A stretch of 64,000 bases of DNA, taken from positions 20,613 to 84,612 of the forward strand of contig DXJV01000025.1 in assembly GCA_019056785.1 (NCBI GenBank), written 5' to 3'. The position numbers and the translations under genes are program-made. Shown here one piece after another: positions 20,643 to 31,054 of the stretch. This stretch comes from Candidatus Heimdallarchaeota archaeon. GTDB taxonomy: Archaea > Asgardarchaeota > Heimdallarchaeia > JABLTI01. The stretch's first letter is position 1. Every line of letters starts with the position of its first letter. The notes under the pieces are model-generated. The model searched no databases, was not told the origin of the DNA, and saw nothing but the letters and a program-made list of their open reading frames with translations.

Positions 20643-21539
20643 ATGACTGAAGAAATGTTTATCTTGCAACAAGACTTGGAAGAAAAGAAAGACATAACTA
20701 TCAGAGGAGTAAATAAAGCACTCTACAATGCTTTTACAGCCTATAGCAAAAAACAAGGGTTGTCAGCAGGAGAAGCATTCAATGTGATCACCACCATATC
20801 TTTACGGCAGCCTTGGAGAGCACATAGTTTTCGAAGACACAAACCACCAATTCGAATGGGCATCAAGCCTGAAATAATAAGTAATATGGAACAGCTTGTA
20901 GTGACAAAGAAGGATCTAACGGCTGCAGGCGAAAAGACGATGTTTTTATTTCGGAATATTCGAAAACTCGTTTTTACAGAGGATATCGATCCGCAGACAT
21001 TACTAAAACATGTCAAGATGATTCAAAAAAGCAATGTTACATTTCCAAAAGACATACCAAAAATAATTCAACTAGGGCTGACATTCAAAAAACCGTTTTA
21101 TAAACACCCAACAAATAAGGAAGAACTAAAAGACATTACCATCCGAAACGTTTCTGTTCAATTGTATGACGAGTTACTGTCCAAAGCTAAAGAACAAAAC
21201 AAGAAAACAGGAGAGCTCTTTTCCGAAATTTTGGCCCATAACCTCAGTGTCTTTGAAATTTCTGAAGAGGTCCATTCACTTGGCGGGCGCGAATTTTTAA
21301 TTATTAGCTACGAAGAGTCGCTAACTGTTTCTCGAAAAGATTTAGAGATGCTTGGCGAGCGAGGAGTATTCTTTTATAAAATCAAACGATTAGTTTTTAT
21401 AAAAGATGTCACTCCTGAACTGTTTCTGAAAAGCGTTCTTAAAATTGTCAAATGTCAAGAAGTAATTTTACCCACTAACATTCCACGGTTAATCGTTCTG
21501 TCTCGTGTTGTTGATTGTTTAAAAACAAATATCACTTAA
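20643..21539 (+). CDS. Internally duplicated protein with two ribbon-helix-helix-like domains; putative regulator
   Basis: KDITIRGVNKALYNAF...AGEAFN and KDITIRNVSVQLYDEL...TGELFS repeats, each followed by a similar ~90-aa module. Transcribed divergently from the ABC pair. Confidence 0.6.
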   Translation: MTEEMFILQQDLEEKKDITIRGVNKALYNAFTAYSKKQGLSAGEAFNVITTISLRQPWRAHSFRRHKPPIRMGIKPEIISNMEQLVVTKKDLTAAGEKTMFLFRNIRKLVFTEDIDPQTLLKHVKMIQKSNVTFPKDIPKIIQLGLTFKKPFYKHPTNKEELKDITIRNVSVQLYDELLSKAKEQNKKTGELFSEILAHNLSVFEISEEVHSLGGREFLIISYEESLTVSRKDLEMLGERGVFFYKIKRLVFIKDVTPELFLKSVLKIVKCQEVILPTNIPRLIVLSRVVDCLKTNIT

Positions 21540-21681
21540 GTATAAATTGAATAGAAACAATTCTTCGGATAATTTGAAAAACCAATTAATTACTTGTTTT
21601 GAAGTTGAGGGTTTTTTCTACAAGAAAACAACCTCAAAAATGCACGAATAATTCTTTAAACAGGAGGGGATAAATTTGCTA

Positions 21682-24600
21682 TTAAGCATCTCGTAAAATA
21701 GCGAAAATTGCCTCATGTGATAAATACCGTTGGTAATATAAAGTAACATTCATCATGAGTGTTTCTTGCCCTTTTGTTTTAATTTCAAAAGTAAAGGTCC
21801 CTGAGGTTCTAGGTTTTGCCTTTGCTAAGAAGGTTTGAAAGTCTGCCCAATACTCTTTAGACAGCAAGTCAAGAAAGCGCATACTCTGGAGTTGCCGTTT
21901 AATATAACCCAGCTTTCTCGTTGCGATGTCATTTACCTCGAGAATAAGGCCGGATTTATGGTCAATCACAAAGATTATTTCTTCGAGGATGTTAAAAATG
22001 GATTGCAAATCTATTTGGCGTTCTTTTATTAGCTGCTCTGCTTGAAATTTCGCAATAGCAGTACCAATATCCTTTCCGATTGATTCCAAAAGTTGTTGGT
22101 CGGTTGCGGAAATACTTCGTGCTTTATTTAAAAGGAGGATCAAGGCGCCAATTATTTCCTTTTTTGAAAAGAAGGGGATACCAATTAACATTTCAATATT
22201 CTTCAAAGGAGTGTCAGGGGAGAGAACCTGCAAATCATCAATGATTATTGTCGCCCCCTTTTTAATCAATGGTGTTAAGAATGTTTCCGAAGAAAGCGCT
22301 TGTTGAATGAGAGAAACAAGCTGTTTTGAAACCCCTAATGATTTATTTATTTCGAATAGGTTGTTTTCGCTCCGTAAAAGAATAAGCCCTCCAGAAAAAT
22401 CAAGAGAATTTAGAACCGTATCAAGAACAAAATCAAGGAATTGATTCAAATTATTAGCACGATAACCGGCAGAGATGATTTTATTCATAACTTCGAATTC
22501 AAAAAAGTGATTGCGGAGATTTCGCTCGAGTTCCTTTCGCACGGTAACATCATTTCCGATAAATAATAAGGAATCCGGTTTTTGATTGTTGTCCAAAATC
22601 ACCGAAGCGCTTAATTCAATTGGAAAGACACTTTTGTCAGATCGTTCCATTAAATAATCATAATTAATAAATGAGCCAGTTTTTAGGAGTATTTCGATAT
22701 CTTGAGCCAACCGAGCCTGATCAGGCGCTATAAGAAAACTTTGAAATTCTTTCCCAATCAAATCTTCGGCTTTTTCAACGCGAAGCAATTCTAACGCATA
22801 TTTATTCACTAATCTTATTCCTGACTGTAAATCTGTATGGAAAATTGCCAACGGAGAAGTGTTGATAAGCTTTTCAAAGGTCTCTTGACTTTCACGCAAA
22901 GCATCTTCTGAGTACCGTCGTTCAACGGCTAGAGAAAAGAAGTTCGAGATGATATTAAAGAAGAAACGATCTTCCTCGGTTATTTCTGTTGGGCGAGTTG
23001 AAGCAATAAGTATTATCCCTAACAGTGCACTTTCTTTATTTAAAATAGGCCAACAAACAACAGCTTTCGTATTGAAAACTTTTAACCGATCGAGGAATTT
23101 TATAGTTATTTGATTTTCATTAATATCAGGTGCATAAACAGCTTCTTTTGTTTTCGCAACATAATTAACGAAAAATTTCGGATCATCGACAGGAATAGAT
23201 TGGATTTCATAAGAGATTTCTGCAGGAATAACATAGGCAGCTGGTTCCAATTGCCTTTTCTCCTGATTGAACAATCGCACAATACCAAAATCAAATGCCA
23301 AGACGTCTAAAAGCCCTGTTAAAACTCTTCGAGAAAGGTCAAAAACATCTCCAGAAGTTAAGGCTGCGCTAGCAATAATGTGAAAAGCTTGTCGTTCCCG
23401 TTCAATTGTTAGTTGTGCCCGTTTTTGTTCGGTAATTTCCAAAACAATGGCACTTATCGCTTGTGAATCATGAAAATTAATGGGCGCTAAATGAAGGGAG
23501 ATCCATTTCTTTTGTCCCTCTTTTGAAATGATTTGATATTCTTCTTTCTGGGAGATCCCCTCCTCTTCAACGATTCTAATCTGTTTTCGCAAGCGTTCTC
23601 TATCTATTTCTGTAAATAACTCAGCTGTTATCTCACGAGATTTCATATGACTAATTTCTTCTCGCTCGAAACCAGAAATGCGTAAAATCTCGTCGTTGAA
23701 AAAGAGCAAATCACCTTGATTATTTAGAAGGATAACACCAATCAATGATTGCTCTGCATAAGCCCTAAATTTCTCTTCACTGTCACGCAATGCTTGTTCA
23801 GCTTGAAATCGTTCAAGAGCAGAGGCTATCATGCTTGAAATGGTTTCGAAGAGTATTTTAACTTCTCCTTGAATTTCTTTTGGTTCTTGATTAGCTAACT
23901 GTAAAACAGCTATTAATTCATCTTTCGAGTTTACAATCGGCCAGGTTATATTAGCACCTACAGTATAATCTTTGATAAGTGGTACAAAATCCTTGATGAG
24001 CTCATGCTTACTGATATCCGGAGCAAAAACCGGTTTCTTCGTTCTTCCGACAAGAGCACCAGCATGCTTTTCTTGTGTTAAGGGGATAATAGGCAAGTTC
24101 TTAATAGCTTCAGGATCAATACTGGTTGCAGCACAAGGCACCAAAAGGTTAGTTTCCGGATCATAAAGGCGGAAAGAGCCAGTGTCGAATTGGAAAATTT
24201 TGGTAAGACCAGAAATAATATCCTTACAAAAAGTTTCAATATCATTAGCAAAGACAGCCGCATTGGCAACTAGTTGGAAAACAGAGCGATCACGCTTAAG
24301 AGCATCTTCAGCCAATTTTTGGCTGGTAATGTTAATAAAAATTCCTTCGATAAAACCCTTGTCTGGATATAAGCGAGAAGATTCCTGAATCCAAATAGTG
24401 GAACCATCTTTTCGCTTTATTTGAATAACTTCTGCCTCATAGTAACCATTCACTTTCAGCTTTTCGATTAGCTTTTTCCTTTTTTCCGGATGAGGATAAA
24501 AGAAAGAAGCAGGATAGCTTTTCAACTCCTCAACAGTATCGAATCCTAAAAGCTCTGCCATTTTCGAATTCGCTTCAATAATTTGCCCTGTTTCAACATC

Positions 24601-25458
24601 GGTCCGGAACATTCCGGTTAAAGCATTTTCAAACAGATTTTGGTATTTTAGATAATTTTCTTTGTCCTCTGTATTGTCAATAATAACAGCCGAAACAGAA
24701 GTTAGTCTGCCTTGCGCATCAAAAGCACCGATATTAAATTGGAGCCACCAACGTTCTTCACCATCTTGTTTGATGATTTTGTATTCCAACATTTTGGGAA
24801 CAAAACCCTGCCTGAATTCAGCAATACGCGCTAGGTAATAATCCTGAAAGTCCGGGTGAATGATTTTAGCAATAAAATTTGGCGTTTGGCGCCAAGCTGA
24901 AATTGGATAACCACTTAAATCTGCGAGAAACTTATCAACAATTGAGTATTTGAGCTCTGGAATCTCAATTTTTAAGAACCCTCGAACGCGTTTTGTTAAT
25001 TCATCATACGTGCTCTTCAAATCACTAATCATTTGCTCTAATTCGGCGAGGTCGCGCTCAAGTTTTAAGCGGGTGACTCGCTCCTCTCGTTCTTTCAATG
25101 CACGATTAATTGCCGGAGCCAATCTTTCAAGACGAGACTTGATAACATAGTCTGTTGCGCCTTTTTTCAAAGTTTCAATAGCAAGTTCCTCCCCCAAAAC
25201 ACCGGAAATGAAGATAAAAGGAATACCGGGAGCATATTTTTTGGCAAGTTTAAGTGCTTCAAAACCATCAAAAGAAGGCAAATTAAAATCAGCAAGAATA
25301 ATATCAAATCGTTTATTGATTAATGCTTGTAAAAAATCTTCTCTCGTAGCCGTTAAGGTAATTTCACAATGGACTTTGTGAACTGCCAATGTTTCACGGA
25401 TCAATTCTGCATCGATGTTGTTATCTTCAAGATGCAGTACTTGTAAAGGAGAAGTCAT
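21682..25458 (-). CDS. Response-regulator receiver + multiple PAS/GAF domain sensor protein
   Basis: REC domain (LHLED, ILADFNLP, GATDYVIK), PAS repeats and three GAF-like blocks. No kinase motifs seen. Confidence 0.88.
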   Translation of the reverse strand: MTSPLQVLHLEDNNIDAELIRETLAVHKVHCEITLTATREDFLQALINKRFDIILADFNLPSFDGFEALKLAKKYAPGIPFIFISGVLGEELAIETLKKGATDYVIKSRLERLAPAINRALKEREERVTRLKLERDLAELEQMISDLKSTYDELTKRVRGFLKIEIPELKYSIVDKFLADLSGYPISAWRQTPNFIAKIIHPDFQDYYLARIAEFRQGFVPKMLEYKIIKQDGEERWWLQFNIGAFDAQGRLTSVSAVIIDNTEDKENYLKYQNLFENALTGMFRTDVETGQIIEANSKMAELLGFDTVEELKSYPASFFYPHPEKRKKLIEKLKVNGYYEAEVIQIKRKDGSTIWIQESSRLYPDKGFIEGIFINITSQKLAEDALKRDRSVFQLVANAAVFANDIETFCKDIISGLTKIFQFDTGSFRLYDPETNLLVPCAATSIDPEAIKNLPIIPLTQEKHAGALVGRTKKPVFAPDISKHELIKDFVPLIKDYTVGANITWPIVNSKDELIAVLQLANQEPKEIQGEVKILFETISSMIASALERFQAEQALRDSEEKFRAYAEQSLIGVILLNNQGDLLFFNDEILRISGFEREEISHMKSREITAELFTEIDRERLRKQIRIVEEEGISQKEEYQIISKEGQKKWISLHLAPINFHDSQAISAIVLEITEQKRAQLTIERERQAFHIIASAALTSGDVFDLSRRVLTGLLDVLAFDFGIVRLFNQEKRQLEPAAYVIPAEISYEIQSIPVDDPKFFVNYVAKTKEAVYAPDINENQITIKFLDRLKVFNTKAVVCWPILNKESALLGIILIASTRPTEITEEDRFFFNIISNFFSLAVERRYSEDALRESQETFEKLINTSPLAIFHTDLQSGIRLVNKYALELLRVEKAEDLIGKEFQSFLIAPDQARLAQDIEILLKTGSFINYDYLMERSDKSVFPIELSASVILDNNQKPDSLLFIGNDVTVRKELERNLRNHFFEFEVMNKIISAGYRANNLNQFLDFVLDTVLNSLDFSGGLILLRSENNLFEINKSLGVSKQLVSLIQQALSSETFLTPLIKKGATIIIDDLQVLSPDTPLKNIEMLIGIPFFSKKEIIGALILLLNKARSISATDQQLLESIGKDIGTAIAKFQAEQLIKERQIDLQSIFNILEEIIFVIDHKSGLILEVNDIATRKLGYIKRQLQSMRFLDLLSKEYWADFQTFLAKAKPRTSGTFTFEIKTKGQETLMMNVTLYYQRYLSHEAIFAILRDA

Positions 25459-25563
25459 TCAAATCCTCTTTAATGCATTAATTACGCTTTTTTGGTGGTT
25501 TGCTTGATAATAAATAGTGCAATTTTTACATTATAATAATTTAGTTTGCGGAAAAGGGAAAAA

Positions 25564-28500
25564 TCAATTTTGAGCAATAACCATTTGGTGATCAAGAAAA
25601 ACAATTACAGAAAGATGAAGCTTTAACGAAAACACATTGCCATCTCGAGTGATAAAATCCAAGGGTATTGTTTTGGACTCGCCATCCCTTAAAGATTTAA
25701 GAGTATTCTTTAAAAGCTTCTGTGTTTTTTCAGTCGTAATGGTAGCGATATCCATCGTAAGTAGCTTAGAAAGATCATAACCAAGTTTTTCTTGGAATTT
25801 TATATTTACATTCAAAATTTGGTTGGTCTCTTTATTGAAAACGAGGATATAATTTTCAAGAGCATTGAAGATCGTTTGGAGATATTTTTGTGAGGACTGT
25901 AATTCTTCTTCAGCTTGCATCTTAGCAAGTGCCGTTCCCATTTCACGCCCAATAGCCTCAAGGGTCATTAATTCATCTTTAGCTAGGGACCGCCGTTCTT
26001 TAGAACTCAATAGTAAACCTCCGATAACAACTTGTTTAGAGAAGAAAGGTACACCGATCAGTGTTTGTATTCCAAATTGCTGATGACCTTCACTCTTTGC
26101 CATAAAGTTATCAACGTAAATCGTTCGCCCTGCTACAAAGAGTTCTTTGAAGGGAGCGGATTTTATTTTGAGGACTTTTGCTTCTCGAATGAAATTGGCG
26201 GACATACCTAATGAGCGTTTTAGAAAAGCCTGCTCTTTCTCTTCATCTATTAAATAAATTGCACCACCATTAAAATCCAAAGAATTGAGGACTGTTGTCA
26301 GAGTGAAATCTAATAATTCATTCATGTTTCTTGCCAGATAACCGGCGGAAATCACCTTATTCAAAGTTTCAAGTTCAAAAGTTCTATCCTTCAAGGTTTC
26401 TTTTAGTTCCACTAAATCTGAAGTGTCTAAAATGATGATATTGATTGTTTTTTCATTAAATTCCTTATCATCTATTACAACATAGGTCATTATAACAGGG
26501 ATGAGAATGCCATTTTTTTGCCGGAGGATACTTTCAAAGGTAACTTTCCCTAGCTCTAATGTACTCTTGAACAGATTTCTTTGCTTTTCTTCGCTACCGG
26601 GAGGAGCAAAAAGAGTAATGTCTTTCCCAATAATGCTCTCAGGTTGATAACCCAAAATCTCTTCTATAGCTGCATTTGCAAAAAGAATCTTCCCATCTTC
26701 ATTGGCAGTTATAATTACCTCTTTACTGTTCTCGACGATATTTGCTAAAAGCCGGCGATTACGCTCGATTTGCTTTCGTTCTGTAATGTCTTGGATTATT
26801 GCCATAATTGCTTGTGGAACGCCTTTAGCATCGACTATGACCGAAGCAGAAAAGTCTGCATAAAAAGTTGTTTTGTCTTGACGATGGAATAGTAATTCAT
26901 AATTTCGCACTCTCCCAGCATGTAAAATTTCCGATATGAATTCCTTCTGATCAAATGTTGTTTTATCCACAATAAATGCAAACAGATTCTTACCTAACAA
27001 CTCACTTTCAGTATTCATTCCAAAGCTTTTCGGCGCTTGTTTGTTGACAAAATGGATATCTCCCTCAAGAGATAGAAGGAAGATCGCAAAAGGAGAAGTT
27101 TCAACAAGGGTCCGATAACGTGCTTCACTGTCACAAATTGCCTCTTCTGCTTTTTTTCGTTCGGTAAGATCAGAGATTAAAAGCTGAACCGCCGGTTCTC
27201 CTTGATAAGAAGTTAATGTTGCGAAAATTTCCGCAGGGAATTCTTCGTTTGAGGCCCGTTTTAATTTCGTTTCGAGTTTCAATTTAGGCGCGCCATCTGA
27301 CTGATAAATTGAATGTAAGAAGACCCTCATTTCTTCCCAACTCTCAGAAGAAAAGAAGGTTATCAAATCTGAACCAATGATATCTTTGATTGAACTGACT
27401 TCAAACATTTCAAAAACAGTTGGACTTGCAAATTTTATTTCATCTTCCTGAACAATTAAAAGTCCCAGTTGAACCGGCAAAGATTCGACCAATTTCCGAT
27501 ATTGGCTCTCACTCTCTCGCAGAGCGTCTTCTGCCATTTTCCGCTCAATGGCGGTTGCGAAGATTTTTGATATGTTTTCAAAAAAGATTCTGTCACTTTC
27601 TTGAAGGGGAATTTTCTTCTGGGAACCTATTTGAATGATGCCTAGAAACTTTTGGTTTGAATTGAAAATTGGCCAAGAGATGTATGAACGATAATGGAAC
27701 TTAGCATTTATATCAGTATTGCGTAAAAAGTCATTTTGTAACACATCAGGTTCGATGATTTCTTTTGTCAGAAATCGACTTAAAGGGAAGTCAGTATTAT
27801 TTATCGAAACATGTGTTAATGTCTCTCTTGCTTCTTTACTTAAACCAACCTCAGCCATTGGAAGAAGTAAACGTTCATTTTCAAAATAAATTCTAATCAG
27901 CCCCGAATCGAACCCCAAATTCTCAACTAATCCCGTAAGAACTTTTTGGCAAAGATCGCGTAAGTCAATTGTTTGTACGGCTGCCTCAGCAATAAGCTTG
28001 AAAATTAACCGGTCGCGGGTTAATTCTTGTTCAGCTTTCTTCCTTTTCGAGACATCTATTATAGATGCAATGCTTTTAGTTGTTCCAGGAATAACACTTG
28101 CAGTTAAAAAGGCATCAAAATAATGCCCCGCCTTATGTTTAATTTTACACTCGAACGCTATTGGTGTAGTTGAGTTTCTTTCTCGGTGTTGTTTATCCAG
28201 AGCCAAGAGTCGTGGCAAATCATCTGGATGGATAAATTCAGTCCATTTCCTCTTCCCTTCGAGCTCTTTCTTTTTAAAGCCAGAAATAGTTTCAATTTGA
28301 TGATTACATTTAGAAATGATCATATCTTTTTCAATGATAATCGTAGCTGTGCCTTTATGCTCGAAAATGTTTTCTAGTTCATGTTCGCGCTCAAATAATT
28401 CTCTTTGGGCCTTTTTTTGTTCGGTAATATCTATGATCACACCTTCAATAAAGCCTTCTTCTGGGAAAATTCGCGCAGATAAACTCACCCAGATTTTTTC

Positions 28501-29535
28501 ACCATTCTTTTTCAATAATTGAAGCTGATAGCCAGTTAATGTACCATGAGCTTTTATTGTCGCAAGGAATTCTTGCCGGTTCTTTTCATCAGGATAGAAT
28601 TGTGTTACGAAAATCTTCTTATACTCATCCACGGTGTCGAAACCAAAAATGCGCGCCATGGTTTCATTTGCTTCTATGATGCGACCGGTGGTTATTTCAG
28701 TGCGATACATGCCGACAAGGGCATTTTCGAAAAGATACTGGTATTTCAATGTTGATTCTTTTGTTTCTGTGTTATCAATAAGAACGATAGAAACGGAGAC
28801 TAACTCTTGTTCAGTGTTATAAGCACCAATGTTAAATTGCAACCACCAACGCTCTTCTCCATCCTTTCGAATAATTTTATATTCCAACATCTTCGGAACA
28901 AAACCTTCACGCATCCGTTGGAAGTTTTCACAGTAATAGTCCTTAAAGTCAGGGTGAAGTATTTTCTCAATAAAGTTGGGCGATTTATACCACTCTTTTA
29001 TTGAATACCCACTAAGCTCTTCAATGAATTTATCGACAAGAGAATATTTGCCAGAGGGCAAGTCCATCTTCAAGAAGCCACGAACGCGCTCGGCAATTTT
29101 TCGATACATTTCTTCAAGCTCAGAGATCTCTTTCTCCAACTTTGCACGGCGCTTTCGTTCTTCAACCTCTTTTAATGCGCGATTAATTGCCGGGATCAAT
29201 CGTTCCATCCGTGATTTTAACACATAATCTGTTGCACCACTATGTAATGCCTCGATGGCAAGCTCTTCACCTAAAACCGCGGATACAAGAATAAAAGGCG
29301 TTTTTAAACCCATTTTTCTGGTCAATTCTAAGGCAGAAAGACCGTCAAAGGACGGCAGGCTATAATCAGCAAGAATAAGATCGATTTTCTCTTCCTTTAA
29401 AACTTTAATAAATGCGTCTTTCGTGTCCACGCTGATAACTTTTGCTTTCAATCCCTCTAAGTCTAATATTTCTTTGACTAACTCAACATCGTTTTGGTTG
29501 TCTTCTAAATGTAAAATCATTAACTGTTTGGCCAT
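25564..29535 (-). CDS. Response-regulator receiver + multiple PAS/GAF domain sensor protein (paralog of 21682-25458)
   Basis: REC domain (LHLED, ILADYSLP, GATDYVLK). Shares GFVPKMLEYKI and ERWWLQFNIGA blocks with its neighbour. Start placed at ATG 29535. Confidence 0.88.
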   Translation of the reverse strand: MAKQLMILHLEDNQNDVELVKEILDLEGLKAKVISVDTKDAFIKVLKEEKIDLILADYSLPSFDGLSALELTRKMGLKTPFILVSAVLGEELAIEALHSGATDYVLKSRMERLIPAINRALKEVEERKRRAKLEKEISELEEMYRKIAERVRGFLKMDLPSGKYSLVDKFIEELSGYSIKEWYKSPNFIEKILHPDFKDYYCENFQRMREGFVPKMLEYKIIRKDGEERWWLQFNIGAYNTEQELVSVSIVLIDNTETKESTLKYQYLFENALVGMYRTEITTGRIIEANETMARIFGFDTVDEYKKIFVTQFYPDEKNRQEFLATIKAHGTLTGYQLQLLKKNGEKIWVSLSARIFPEEGFIEGVIIDITEQKKAQRELFEREHELENIFEHKGTATIIIEKDMIISKCNHQIETISGFKKKELEGKRKWTEFIHPDDLPRLLALDKQHRERNSTTPIAFECKIKHKAGHYFDAFLTASVIPGTTKSIASIIDVSKRKKAEQELTRDRLIFKLIAEAAVQTIDLRDLCQKVLTGLVENLGFDSGLIRIYFENERLLLPMAEVGLSKEARETLTHVSINNTDFPLSRFLTKEIIEPDVLQNDFLRNTDINAKFHYRSYISWPIFNSNQKFLGIIQIGSQKKIPLQESDRIFFENISKIFATAIERKMAEDALRESESQYRKLVESLPVQLGLLIVQEDEIKFASPTVFEMFEVSSIKDIIGSDLITFFSSESWEEMRVFLHSIYQSDGAPKLKLETKLKRASNEEFPAEIFATLTSYQGEPAVQLLISDLTERKKAEEAICDSEARYRTLVETSPFAIFLLSLEGDIHFVNKQAPKSFGMNTESELLGKNLFAFIVDKTTFDQKEFISEILHAGRVRNYELLFHRQDKTTFYADFSASVIVDAKGVPQAIMAIIQDITERKQIERNRRLLANIVENSKEVIITANEDGKILFANAAIEEILGYQPESIIGKDITLFAPPGSEEKQRNLFKSTLELGKVTFESILRQKNGILIPVIMTYVVIDDKEFNEKTINIIILDTSDLVELKETLKDRTFELETLNKVISAGYLARNMNELLDFTLTTVLNSLDFNGGAIYLIDEEKEQAFLKRSLGMSANFIREAKVLKIKSAPFKELFVAGRTIYVDNFMAKSEGHQQFGIQTLIGVPFFSKQVVIGGLLLSSKERRSLAKDELMTLEAIGREMGTALAKMQAEEELQSSQKYLQTIFNALENYILVFNKETNQILNVNIKFQEKLGYDLSKLLTMDIATITTEKTQKLLKNTLKSLRDGESKTIPLDFITRDGNVFSLKLHLSVIVFLDHQMVIAQN

Positions 29536-29724
29536 TCTCCAAGCTCTCAAGAGGGTAGTAATAATTTAATGGCATCTTCTAATGCAATTAAAGAAAAATT
29601 AAATCTAAAGGTTATAATTCTTACTTTTGCGTCAATTATGGATGTAGAGAGGAACAAAATGTGCGCATTTCAAAAATAATTTTAAAAGAACAAGTAAACA
29701 TAAGAAGTATTGGTGTGGTTTTGT

Positions 29725-30480
29725 ATGATGCTCCAAACTGAAAACATGACCTGGGAAGAAATTGACTTGGCAATAAAGAACGGTTTTGATACAATTATAA
29801 TTGCCGTTGGATCTATCGAACAACACGGGAAACACTTACCAACAAAAACAGACTCCCTTATTGGGGAAGAGGTAGTAAGGGAGGTTGTAAAAAAACTTGG
29901 CAATGCTTTGCAAGGACCAACGATCCGTCTTGGCTGCTCAAAACACCACCTTGGATTTCCAGGAACGATAACTCTCGAGACTGAAACATTTAAAGCTGTT
30001 ATTAGGGACTATGTTATGAGCCTTTCAAAACACAATTTTAAGAATGTAGTTTTCTTACCAAGTCATGGCGGGAATTTTCAACCATTAAAAGAGAGTATAA
30101 CGGAATTACAACCACAATATCCAAATTTGAAACTCCGAGCATACACGGACTTGTATGGCTTTATTGAACTTTTAAACGGCTTCTCAATAGAAGAAGAAGT
30201 TTCTGCAGAAGAAGCAGGCGCGCACTCTGGAGAAAATGAAACATCAATTGTTTTGGCACTTGCAGAGGAGCTGGTAAAAAAGGAGAAATTCGACTGTGGA
30301 TTTGTAGGAACCTTTGGCCCAAAAGAAGGAGAGATTGTCATGACACAAGGGATAAAAGCTCTTAGTCCAAATGGCGTTTTAGGTGACCCTCGCAAGGCAT
30401 CAGTAGAAAAAGGGACAATTTATTTCAATAAAATGGTTGACTTCTTTATAAAAAAAGTACAAGAATTCCTTGCTGACTAA
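29725..30480 (+). CDS. Creatininase / creatinine amidohydrolase family protein
   Basis: GSIEQHGKHLP..TD, SKHHLGFPGT, SHGGN, HSGENETS and NGVLGDP motifs. Confidence 0.93.
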   Translation: MMLQTENMTWEEIDLAIKNGFDTIIIAVGSIEQHGKHLPTKTDSLIGEEVVREVVKKLGNALQGPTIRLGCSKHHLGFPGTITLETETFKAVIRDYVMSLSKHNFKNVVFLPSHGGNFQPLKESITELQPQYPNLKLRAYTDLYGFIELLNGFSIEEEVSAEEAGAHSGENETSIVLALAEELVKKEKFDCGFVGTFGPKEGEIVMTQGIKALSPNGVLGDPRKASVEKGTIYFNKMVDFFIKKVQEFLAD

Positions 30481-30493
30481 TTGTTCAGTGAAC

Positions 30494-30868
30494 TCATTTC
30501 GCGACTTCTGCAGCAATAATTTCAGTTGAGAGTTTGTCTTTTTCACGCTTTGTAATTGCAATAAAGATGGCTCGAATTATCGTGTAAACTGTTGATGGGA
30601 CAAACCATGACAAGGGGACAATAAATACAACAAAAGCCCCTCCACTTGTCGTTAGAGAAGATGAATAATTGATGAAGAAGCGCACGAAAAGATAGGCAAT
30701 TAAAAGACACACACCAAGCATAACAGCTAAAGTAGTTAGCCACGAATAAAAATTGGCTTGTTTTCGCTTGTGTGCTCGGAATACAATCCGGTAAAACAAT
30801 ACGTTAAATAATAAACTAAGAACAACTGCAAGAACTACAAATAATCCCATTGCCTGTTCAGGTTCCAT
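30494..30868 (-). CDS. Small 3-TM membrane protein
   Basis: Three hydrophobic helices; GGTGA RBS before ATG 30868. Confidence 0.7.
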   Translation of the reverse strand: MEPEQAMGLFVVLAVVLSLLFNVLFYRIVFRAHKRKQANFYSWLTTLAVMLGVCLLIAYLFVRFFINYSSSLTTSGGAFVVFIVPLSWFVPSTVYTIIRAIFIAITKREKDKLSTEIIAAEVAK

Positions 30869-31054
30869 AAATTTCACCCATTCAACTTTCTTTTGTTTTG
30901 AAAACTAAAGAATACTCCAGAACTTTATTATTTAAATCTATAGAAATGAAAAAGGTAATTGTACATATGACAATATTCAAATGCTAGAGAAAACACTGTT
31001 TACTTGGAATACCTTGTTTGGGAGATAGTTATTTAAAGTAAGAAAGCAAATAAA

